Assembly: GCA_964016885.1 (NCBI GenBank)
Contig: OZ024741.1
Coordinates: forward strand, 279,930,001 to 279,994,000
Direction of reading: 5' to 3'
Length of the DNA stretch: 64,000 nt
DNA from: Eledone cirrhosa
Taxonomy: Eukaryota
A program made the translations under genes and the position numbers. The notes beneath the pieces are model-generated. The model was not told the origin of the DNA and ran no database searches. It saw only the letters and a program-made list of their open reading frames with translations. Positions 27,425-41,616 of the stretch are shown here, in pieces (position 1 is the stretch's first letter; every line of letters begins with the position of its first letter).

Positions 27425-28483
27425 TAACTAAGAACATAGATTTTACATGTGGCCGGTGTTCTGGTGCAATAAGTAGCAGCAAGTGCCCACACAATACTAG
27501 CTCTTTCAATTGCGCAGAGGGTTCTATAGAAATAGTGGACAGCTTCCGTTACCTGGGCGATAAAATCAGCAGTGGGGGAGGGTGCTCTGAAAGTACTGTA
27601 GCTAGAGTCAGAACTGGTTGGAAAAAGTTCAGAGAGCTTATACCACTATTAGCTGCTAAAGGGTTCTCCCTAAAAATGAAAGGCAGGTTGTACGATGCCT
27701 GCATACGAACAGCAATGTTGCATGGCAGTGAGACCTGGGCATTGTGTGCAGAGGATATACGCAGACTAGAGAGGAACGAAGCTTGCATGCTCCGCTGGAT
27801 GTGTAACAGTAATATACGTGAACGGCAAAGCATAAACGAACTAAGGAAAAAATTAGAGATAAGAGGGATCAGATGTTGTTTACTCGAGAGAAGGCTACGT
27901 TGGTATGGACACGTGATGCGCATGAAAGTCGATAGCTGTATAACAAAGTGCAGGGCAATAAAGATAGACGGTAGCCACGGAATAGGCAGACCTAGAAAAA
28001 CCTGGGACGAGCTGATAAACTCCGACCTCACACACTTACACCTCTCCAAGACAATGTCACTGGACCGAGACCTTTGGCGGTACTCAGTAACAGAGAAGAC
28101 CCGCCTTGCCAGTAGGCATCTCTAACAAAATACACCCCGTCCCACCACCACCACCCCCACCCCATCCACACCACCCCGTCCTATGTAAAGTTATGTTGGT
28201 GCCGCGCCATCCGGGCCGAAACAAATGAGATCGTGTAGGTGTCACGACAAAAAAACACACAGTCCAGGCTGTAATGTGGCCGTGTAGGCAACACGGTAAA
28301 AACCTCCCAGACCCACACTGTAAATGTGGTTGGTGTTAGGAAGGGCATCCAACTGTAGAAAACCTGCCAGACAGTCCTATGCGAGCAAGACAATCACTCT
28401 TGCCTCAAGTGGGACTACCCCCGTCCAAACCCATGCAAGCGTGGAACACGGACGTTAAACGTTGATGATGATGATGATGATGA
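27425..28483 (+). mobile_element. 5'-truncated RTE LINE (family A)
   Basis: ORF 27535-28125, 3' UTR and (GAT)n tail. Near-identical to the 32369 and 37530 copies apart from a ~30-bp deletion at the stop codon. Confidence 0.95.
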
Positions 28484-29312
28484 TAATATATATATATAAT
28501 ATATATATATAATATATATATATAATATATATATATAATATATATATATAATATATATATATAATATATATATATAATATATATATATAATATATATATA
28601 TATAATATATATATAATATATATATATAATATATATAATATATATATAATATATATATATAATATATATATAATATATATATATAATATATATATAGTAT
28701 ATATATATAATATATATATAATATATATATATAATATATATATATAATATATATAATATATAATATATATAATATATATAATATATATATATAATATATA
28801 TATATAATATATATATAGTATATATATATAATATATATATAATATATATATATAATATATATATATAATATATATAATATATAATATATATAATATATAT
28901 AATATATATATATAATATATATATATGTATATAATATATATATATAATATATATATATAATATATATATATAATATATATATAATAATATAATATATATA
29001 TATAATATATATATATAATATATATATATAATATATATATAATATATATATAATAATATATATATAATATATATATAATATATATATAATATATATATAA
29101 TATATATATAATATATATATATAATATATATATATAATATATATATAATATATATATAATATATATATAATATATATATATATAATATATATAAAATATA
29201 TATATATATAATATATATAATATATATAATATATAATATATATAATATATATAATATATATATATAATATATATATATAATATATATATATGTATATAAT
29301 ATATATATATAT

Positions 29313-29343
<31 letters not shown>

Positions 29344-30126
29344 ATATATATATATAATATATATATATAATATATATATATATAATATATATATATAATA
29401 TATATATATAATATATATATATATAATATATATATATAATATATATATATAATATATATATATAATATATATATATAATATATATATATATAATATATAT
29501 ATATAATATATATATATAATATATATATAATATATATATAATATATATAATATATATATATATAATATATATATATAATATATATATATAATATATATAT
29601 ATAATATATATAACATATATATATAACATATATATATAACATATATATATAACATATATATATAACATATATATATAACATATATATATATAATATATAA
29701 TATATATAATATATAATATATAATATATATATATAATATATATATATATAATATATATAATATATATAATATATATATATATAACATATATATATATAAC
29801 ATATATATATAACATATATATATAACATATATATATAACATATATATATAAACAAATAACGAAACGAAATTTAATTTCGTTTCGTTATTTGTTTGTATAT
29901 ATATATATATAATATATATATATAACATATATATATAACATATATATATAACATATATATATAATATATAATATATATATATAATATATAATATATATAT
30001 ATAATATATAATATATATATATATATATAATACATATATAATATATATATATATATAATATATATATATAACATATATATATAACATATATATATAACAT
30101 ATATATATAACATATATATATAATAT

Positions 30127-30158
<32 letters not shown>

Positions 30159-30164
30159 ATATAT

Positions 30165-30202
<38 letters not shown>

Positions 30203-30299
30203 TATATATATAATATATATAATATATAATATATAATATATATATATAATATATATATATAATATATATATATAATATATATATATAATATATATATAT

Positions 30300-30337
<38 letters not shown>

Positions 30338-31601
30338 TAATATAATATATATAATATAATATATATATAGAACATATATATACTATATATATATATATAT
30401 AACATATATATATAATATATATATATATAATATATATAATATAATATATATATACAATATATATAATATAACATATATAACATATATATATAACATATAT
30501 ATATAACATATATATATAACATATATATATAACATATATATATAACATATATATATAACATATATATATAACATATATATATAACATATATATATAATAT
30601 ATATATATAATATATACATATATATATATATACATATATATAATATATACATATATATAATATATACATATATATAATATATACAATATATACATATATA
30701 TAATATATACATATATACAATATATACATATATACATATATACAATATATACATATATATAAATATATAATATATACATATATATAAATATATAATATAT
30801 ACATATATATAATATATACATATATATAATATATACATATATATAATATATACATATATATAATATATACATATATATAATATATACATATATATAATAT
30901 ATACATATATATAATATATACATATATATAATATATACATATATATAATATATATATAATATATACATATATATAATATATACATATATATAATATATAC
31001 ATATATATAATATATACATATATATATACATATATATAATATATACATATATATAATATATACATATATATAATATATACATATATACAATATATACATA
31101 TATACAATATATACATATATATAATATATACATATATACAATATATACATATATATAATATATACATATATATATATATACAATATATACATATATATAT
31201 AATATATACATATATATATATATACAATATATACATATATATATAATATACATATATATATAATATATACATATATATATGATATATACATATATATAAT
31301 ATATACATATATATAATATATACATATATATATATAATATATATAATATATATATAAATATATATACATATATATATATAATATATATAATATATATATA
31401 AATATATATACATATATATATATAATATATATATAAATATATATACATATATATATATAATATATAAATATATATACATATATATATATAAATAAATATA
31501 TATACATATATATATATAAATAAATATATATACATATATATATATAATATATATATAAATATATATACATATATATATATGTATATATAATATATATATA
31601 A

Positions 31602-31634
<33 letters not shown>

Positions 31635-31684
31635 ATATATATATAAATATATATACATATATATAATATATAATATATGTATAA

Positions 31685-31716
<32 letters not shown>

Positions 31717-31925
31717 TATAAATATATATACATATATATATATAATATATAATATATATATAATATATATATATATAATAATATATATATATATATATAA
31801 TATATATATATATATATAATATATATATATAATATATATATATAATATAATATATAATATATATATATATAATAATATATATATATAATATATATATATA
31901 ATATAATATATAATATATATATATA

Positions 31926-31964
<39 letters not shown>

Positions 31965-32010
31965 TATATAATATATAATATATATATATAATATATAATA
32001 TATATATATA

Positions 32011-32049
<39 letters not shown>

Positions 32050-32069
32050 AATATATATATATATATATA

Positions 32070-32103
<34 letters not shown>
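28484..32103. repeat. ~3.6-kb imperfect (TA)n array
   Basis: Directly visible. Contains a 45-bp palindrome at 29850-29894. Confidence 0.97.
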
Positions 32104-32290
32104 ATTGTTTCTACTTTAGGCACAAGGCCAGCAATTACCCAGTGCATTACTGGTACTTTATTTTATCGACCCTGTAAGGATGAAAGGCAAAGTCAACCTC
32201 GGCGGGATTTGAACTCAGATCGTAAAGGGACGTAACTATGCTGGAAAGCATGGCCTCCGACCTTCTACCGATACTGCCAATCCACCGCCC
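32104..32290 (-). mobile_element. SINE family 1 copy inserted in (TA)n
   Basis: Close reverse-complement match to 3945-4130. Confidence 0.88.
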
Positions 32291-32762
32291 TATATATAAT
32301 ATATATATATATATAATATATATAATATATATAATATATATAATATATATAATATATATATATATATAATCATCATCATCATCAATGTTTAACGTCTGTG
32401 TTCCATTCTTGCATGGGTTTGGACGGGGGTAGTCCCACTTGAGGCAAGAGTGATTGTCTTGCTCGCATAGGACTGTCTGGCAGGTTTTCTACAGTTGGAT
32501 GCCCTTCCTAACACCAACCACATTTACAGTGTGGGTCTGGGAGGTTTTTACCGTGTTGCCTACACGGCCACATTACAGCGTAGACTGTGTGTTTTTTTGT
32601 CGTGACACCTACACGATCTCATTTGTTTCGGCCTGGATGGCGCGGCACCAACATAACTTTACATAGAACGGGGTGGTGTGGATGGGGTGGGGGTGGTGGT
32701 GGTGGGACGGGGGTGTATTTTGTTAGAGATGCCTACTGGCTGGAGTAGGTTTTACTATATAT

Positions 32763-35700
32763 TTAGGTAAGGCGGGTCTTCTCTGTTACTGAGTACCGCC
32801 AAAGGTCTCGGTCCAGTGACATTGTCTTGGAGAGGTGTAAGTGTGTGATGTCGGAGTTTATCAGCTCGTCCCAGGTTTTTCTAGGTCTGCCTATTCCGTG
32901 ACTACCGTCTATCTTTATTGCCCTGCACTTTGTTATACAGCTATCGACTTTCATGCGCATCACGTGTCCATACCAACGTAGCCTTCTCTCGAGTAAACAA
33001 CATCTGATCCCTCTTATTTCTAATTTTTTCCTTAGTTCGTTTATGCTTTGCCGTTCACGTATATTACTGTTACACATCCAGCGGAGCATGCAAGCTTCGT
33101 TCCTCTCTAGTCTGCGTATATCCTCTGCACTCAATGCCCAGGTCTCACTGCCATGCAGCATTGCTGTTCGTATGCAGGCATCGTACAACCTGCCTTTCAT
33201 TTTTAGGGAGAACCCTTTAGCAGCTAATAGTGGTATAAGCTCTCTTAACTTTTTCCAACCAGTTCTGACTCTAGCTACAGTACTTTCAGAGCACCCTCCC
33301 CCACTGCTGATTTTATCGCCCAGGTAACGGAAGCTGTCCACTATTTCTATAGAACCCTCTGCGCAATTGAAAGAGCTAGTATTTTGTGGGCACTTGCTGC
33401 TACTTATTGCACCAGAACACCGGCCACATGTAAAATCTATGTTCTTAGTTAGCTTACCTGTGATCCCACTACATCTTTTATGCACCCATACTTTGCATTT
33501 AGGACATAAAATGGAGTTTCTACCTACGCCTTTCCTACACACCGAGCACGACCATTTCCCAGAAGGGACCGCCGCCTTGTTTTCTTTCCTACAAACTAGA
33601 ACTTTGGTCTTAGCCAGGTTAATTTTAAGTGTTTTTGACTCTAGGCCGTGCTTCCATGTTTGGAATTTCTTCTCTAGCTCGGCCATTGATTCCGCTATGA
33701 GTGTCAGGTCGTCTGCGTATAGGAGTTCCCATGGGCAGCCTGTCTTGAACTCCTCTGTTATAGCCTGAAGGGCAATAATAAATAGTAGGGGGCTGAGAAC
33801 AGAGCCCTGATGGACGCCAACTTTTACGCTAAACTCTTCACTATATTCGTTGTTAATTCTAACCTTGCTGACTGTTTCTTTATACATGGCTTGTATAGCC
33901 CTCACAAGCCATTCGTCAACGCCTAGTTTTCTAAGAGCCCACCAGATAATGGAGCGGGGGACTCTGTCGAAGGCTTTCTCCAAGTCGACAAAGGCTAAGT
34001 AGAGGGGTTTACCTTTAGCTAGGTACTTCTCCTGTAGTTGTCGTACTATGAAAAGAGCGTCTGTGGTACTTTTGCCTGACACAAACCCGAACTGCATTTC
34101 ATCTAGGTCAATTCTCTCTCTGATTAGTTGCGCTATTACTTTTTCCGTGACCTTCATGACCTGGTCGATTAATTTAATGCCTCTATAGTTACTCCTATCT
34201 AGGGCGTCTCCTTTACCCTTGTAACAGTTAACGATGATGCTGCTATGCCAGTCCTTCGGAACAACCCTATTCTGTACGACTTGGTTAACTATGCGGGTGA
34301 CCATGGTGTGTCCCACCGTGCCAGATGCCTTCAGCATCTCAGCAACTATTTCCGAAGGCCCAGCCGCCTTACCCGTCTTCATATCCTTGATTGCCTTACT
34401 TATTATACTCCCCTCGACTAACACTGCTGGTCCCTCTATTGGGTCGATATGGGGGAGACTGTCTTTCTCCCATTTATTCTCCTCATTTAGTAGCCTTTCA
34501 TAGTGACACTTCCAAGCTACCTTCTTATCAGCGTCGGTGATGGCAAGTGTGCCATCGTCGTTTAGTACACACTTCTCCCCGACAATATCACGGTTTTCCT
34601 TGACGCATTGCCTAGCAATCCTGAACACCTCACGTTTTTGGTCATCGCGTTGTAGAACATGCTTGAACTTTCTTTCCTCAGCTTCCCTTCTTGCTAAGTA
34701 CACTTGTCTCCTAGCTTCCCTCCTGGCCACTTGATAGTCTTCTCTACTTCCCCCATCCCGCCATACTTTCCAAGCCCCATACTTTCCAAGCCTGCTTTTT
34801 GGCCTTAATTGACCCCTCCACCTTACTGTTCCACCACCATGTTACTCTCCTCCTGCATACAGGCCTGCTCCAGCCACAGACTTCGTCTGTCGCCAACAGC
34901 AGGTTTGCTTTCAGAAATTCCCACTCTCCCTCTATATTGTCCGACTCTAAATGTTCTTCCTTACTGTCGAAAGCATCAAGTAATATGCTTTGAAATTTAT
35001 TCCTGGCTGTGGGGTCCTTTAGCTTCCATATTTTTCTCCTGAGGATAGTCCTCTTCTGCTGTCGAGTACGTCTCGTCCTGACTATGAGGTCGCTAATTAT
35101 CAGTCTATGTTGGGAGGTGCATTCTTCATGGGGGAGGGATTTAGTGTTTACAACAGACACTCTGTCACGTCTTCTGGTAAGGATATAATCTACCTGGCTT
35201 GTGTGTTCCCCGGATCTATAGGTGATCAGGTGATTGTCACGTTTTTTGAAGTTAGTGTTACAAATAGTTAGGTTATTTGCATCACAGAATTCCAGGATTC
35301 TGGAGCCTTCCTCATTTCTAGTACCAAACCCATAGCCTCCATGGATTTCGTCGTAGCCGTCACAATGTTGTCCAACGTGACCATTTAGGTCGCCTGCAAT
35401 AATTATATAGTCACTGTCGGATATTTGGGAGGTAGTTAGCATCAGTGTCTCATAGAATCTGTCTTTTATAGTGCCGGGCAGTCCGGATTGGGGTGCGTAC
35501 GCAGATATTACTGTCACCGTAGTTCTATTGAGGACAAGTCGTATTTTAATTATTCTGTCGTTCACTCTATTTACGTCTATTATCTTATCTGCCCACTTTT
35601 CTGCTACCATGATTCCTACTCCACCCAGCCCATCGTCGTTTCCCACCCAGAAAAGCTTATAACATCGTTTTTTACCCTCAATGAACCTAGCAGACCCACC

Positions 35701-35815
35701 CCTCCACCTGGTCTCTTGAATACAACAAACATCGACCTCCTTACGTTCAAGCATTTCTACAACCTCGTTAGCGCGACCCTTTAGAGTGCCTACATTTATG
35801 GTACCAACTCTGAAG
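32763..35815 (-). pseudogene. RTE APE-RT polyprotein split by a 16-bp tandem duplication
   Basis: ORFs 34744-35754 and 32763-34730. CCATACTTTCCAAGCC is repeated at 34761-34776 and 34777-34792. Confidence 0.9.
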
Positions 35816-36049
35816 TTTTGGATTGCGTTTGGGGGTTGGGGGCGGTGGGGGCGGGGGGCGATGGGGTTATGTTAGCCGTCCGCGGTCGAAACAATGAGGA
35901 GTGCTCACATTCTCGTCCAAGAGGTGAATTTGTCTTTATCTTTGGCATTGTCGCTGAGCGTACAGATTTTTCTCTCTCTCCTTCACTCTCCAGGATTCCG
36001 CAGTCCATCCATCCATCATATATCGAAAGGCAACCAGGCAAGCGATAGT

Positions 36050-36140
36050 ATAGGCCTCTGGCTTCTGATTGGTCCGCGTAATAATAATACTGGTGATGCG
36101 TGGGGGCTCTGGCTTATGATTGGTCCACGTAATAGCAATG
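36050..36140 (-). promoter_or_regulatory. Candidate internal promoter: duplicated CCAAT-box module
   Basis: Two ~30-bp repeats 50 bp apart reading GGACCAATCAGAAG and GGACCAATCATAAG on the element strand, upstream of the ORF. Confidence 0.35.
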
Positions 36141-36974
36141 GGGGCGGGAGGGAGGGGTGTTGGGTAGCTAGATAGAAGGTAATGATTGAATGGGGTCCTT
36201 GCACATTTAACAAGCGATTAACAAAAATACAAAATTTGTTCTGTTCAATACGACCAAAAACTTTCGTATCTAACAATTAATAAATACAAAAAATGTAGAT
36301 TGTTTTAGCGATAGATTGGCTATTTGGACTTGATACGAAATATGGAGTGTGGAGGTAAGAGATGAAGGAAAATATGTACATTACGTTACATGATTATCGT
36401 GGGGTGACAGCAAAGCAATGAAATTTGGCGAAGTGAATTTCTATCATATAGATATATATATATATAGAGAGAGAGAGAGGGGGGGGGGGGGGCGCATGAT
36501 GATTGTGTGTATTGACCGCCATGCCTTCGAAGTAGCGGGTGGGGGTCGAGGAAGCGGGAGTTTCGAGTTTCGAAAGAAGGAAGAAGGAAGAAGGAAAGGA
36601 TTTTGTTTTTTGTTTTGAAAATACGCTAGAATTAGGAATTGAGGTTTGAAAATACGCTAGGAATTAAGGTTTGAAAATACGCTAGATTAAGAATTAAGGA
36701 ATTTATAAGAAGGAGAAGAGATAGAAGGTAATGATTGAATGGGGTCCTTGCACATTTAACAAGCGATTAACAAAAATACAAAATTTGTTCTGTTCAATAC
36801 GACCAAAAACTTTCGTATCTAACAATTAATAAATACAAAAAATGTAGATATATGTATATAATATATATATATATATATATAATATATATAATATATATAT
36901 ATATATATAATATATATATATATATTATATATATATATTATATGGCCTCAGCCGGATGGCTGAAACAGGTAAAA

Positions 36975-37017
<43 letters not shown>

Positions 37018-37022
37018 TATAT

Positions 37023-37262
37023 CAGAGAAGACTGAGGTTGGCTGGACATGCTCACCGACATCCAGAGTTGACATTGCACTCAGTGCTCCTTTGGGAGCCC
37101 CTACATGGACACACTAGAAGAGGAAGACCAAGGTTAACATATGTTGATGCCCTAAGGACAGACACTGGTCTGTTGGAGATGCAGGATATGGCAGCGATAA
37201 TGAGGGACAGAGACCGCTGGAGAGAACTTGTCCATGGATTTCGGGAATTTTACCCGCCTTAG
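37023..37262 (+). mobile_element. 3' fragment of a third RTE-type LINE family (C)
   Basis: QRRLRLAGHAHRH...LLWEP.HG...RGRPRLTYVD...DRDRWR. The stop codon runs straight into (TA)n. Confidence 0.85.
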
Positions 37263-37287
37263 ATATATATTATATATATTATATATA

Positions 37288-37516
37288 TCATCATCATCAC
37301 CGTTTAACGTCCGTGTTCCACGCTTGCATGGGTTTGGACGGGGGTAGTCCCACTTGAGGCAAGAGTGATTGTCTTGCTCGCATAGGACTGTCTTGAAGGT
37401 TTTCTACAGTTGGATGCCCTTCCTAACACCAACCACATTTACAGTGTGGGTCTGGGAGGTTTTTACCGTGTTGCCTACACGGCCACATTACAGCGTGGAC
37501 TGTGTGTTTTTTTGTC
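37288..37516 (-). mobile_element. RTE family A 3'-UTR-only insertion
   Basis: Near-identical to the 3' UTR of adjacent copies, with a (CAT)n tail. Confidence 0.92.
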
Positions 37517-37529
37517 ATATAATATATAT

Positions 37530-39620
37530 ATCATCATCATCATCATCATCAGCGTTTAACGTCCGTGTTCCACGCTTGCATGGGTTTGGACGGGGGTAGT
37601 CCCACTTGAGGCAAGAGTGATTGTCTTGCTCGCATAGGACTGTCTGGCAGGTTTTCTACAGTTGGATGCCCTTCCTAACACCAACCACATTTACAGTGTG
37701 GGTCTGGGAGGTTTTTACCGTGTTGCCTACACGGCCACATTACAGCGTGGACTGTGTGTTTTTTTGTCGTGACACCTACACGATCTCATTTGTTTCGGCC
37801 TCGATGGCGCGGCACCAACATAACTTTACATAGAACGGGGTGGTGTGGATCGGGTGGGGGTGGTGGGACGGGGTGTATTTGTTAGAGATGCCTACTGGCT
37901 GGAGTAGGTTTTACTATATATTTAGGTAAGGCGGGTCTTCTCTGTTACTGAGTACCGCCAAAGGTCTCGGTCCAGTGACATTGTCTTGGAGAGGTGTAAG
38001 TGTGTGATGTCGGAGTTTATCAGCTCGTCCCAGGTTTTTCTAGGTCTGCCTATTCCGTGACTACCGTCTATCTTTATTGCCCTGCACTTTGTTATACAGC
38101 TATCGACTTTCATGCGCATCACGTGTCCATACCAACGTAGCCTTCTCTCGAGTAAACAACATCTGATCCCTCTTATCTCTAATTTATTCCTTAGTTCGTT
38201 TATGCTTTGCCGTTCACGTATATTACTGTTACACATCCAGCGGAGCATGCAAGCTTCGTTCCTCTCTAGTCTGCGTATATCCTCTGCACACAATGCCCAG
38301 GTCTCACTGCCATGCAGCATTGCTGTTCGTATGCAGGCATCGTACAACCTGCCTTTCATTTTTAGTGAGAACCCTTTAGCAGCTAATAGTGGTATAAGCT
38401 CTCTGAACTTTTTCCAACCAGTTCTGACTCTAGCTACAGTACTTTCAGAGCACCCTCCCCCACTGCTGATTTTATCGCCCAGGTAACGGAAGCTGTCCAC
38501 TATTTCTATAGAACCCTCTGCGCAATTGAAAGAGCTAGTAGTTTGTGGGCACTTGCTGCTACTTATTGCACCAGAGCACCGGCCACATGTAAAATCTATG
38601 TTCTTAGTTAGCCTACCTGTGATCCCACTACATCTTTTATGCACCCATACTTTGCATTTAGGACATAAAATGGAGTTTCTACCTACGCCTTTCCTACACA
38701 CCGAGCACGACCATTTCCCAGAAGGGACCGCCGCCTTGTTTTCTTTCCTACAAACTAGTACTTTGGTCTTAGCCAGGTTAATTTTAAGTCCTTTTGACTC
38801 TAGGCCGTGCTTCCATGTTTGGAATTTCTTCTCTAGCTCGGCCATTGATTCCGCTATGAGTGTCAGGTCGTCTGCGTATAGGAGTTCCCATGGGCAGCCT
38901 GTCTTGAACTCTTCTGTTATGGCCTGAAGGGCAATAATAAATAGTAGTGGACTGAGAACAGAGCCCTGATGGACGCCGACTTTTACGCTAAACTCTTCAC
39001 TATATTCGTTGTTAATTCTAACCTTGCTGACTGTTTCTTTATACATGGCTTGTATAGCCCTCACAAGCCATTCGTCAACGCCTAGTTTTCTAAGAGCCCA
39101 CCAGATAATGGAGCGGGGGACTCTGTCGAAGGCTTTCTCCAAGTCGACAAAAGCTAAGTAGAGGGGTTTACCTTTAGCTAGGTACTTCTCTTGTAGTTGT
39201 CGTACTATGAAAAGAGCGTCTGTGGTACTTTTGCCTGACACAAACCCGAACTGCATTTCATCTAGGTCAATTCTCTCTCTGATTAGCTGCGCTATTACTC
39301 TTTCCGTGACCTTCATGACCTGGTCGATTAATTTAATGCCTCTATAGTTACTCCTATCTAGGGCGTCTCCTTTACCCTTATAACAGTTAACGATGATGCT
39401 GCTATGCCAGTCCTTCGGAACAACCCCGTTTTGTACGACTTGGTTAACTATGCGGGTGACCATGGTGTGTCCCACCGTGCCAGATGCCTTCAGCATCTCA
39501 GCAACTATTTCCGAAGGCCCAGCCGCCTTACCAGTCTTCATATCCTTGATTGCCTTACTTATTATACTCCCTCGACTAACACTGCTGGTCCCTCTATTGG
39601 GTCGATATGGGGGAGACTGC
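37530..39620 (-). mobile_element. 5'-truncated RTE LINE (family A) with an open RT region
   Basis: ORF 37922-39541 (539 aa), nearly identical to 32763-34730. Confidence 0.95.
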
Positions 39621-39621
39621 C

Positions 39622-41616
<1,995 letters not shown>

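Larger units (their letters stand above)
32369..36849 (-). mobile_element. Near full-length RTE-clade LINE (family A): 5' region, APE endonuclease, RT, 3' UTR and (GAT)n tail
   Basis: APE motifs CIQETRW, SAYAPQ, GDLNGHVG, VDYIL and SQHRLI. RT motifs NYRGIKL, QFGF, FVDLEKAFDRV, GVHQGSVLSPLLF and YADD. The 5' boundary is inferred from the return to (TA)n. Confidence 0.93.

Noticed and set aside
32454-32666. Recurrent 70-aa [13 protein letters not shown]...
   Set aside because: It is the antisense of the RTE 3' UTR and recurs only because the element does.
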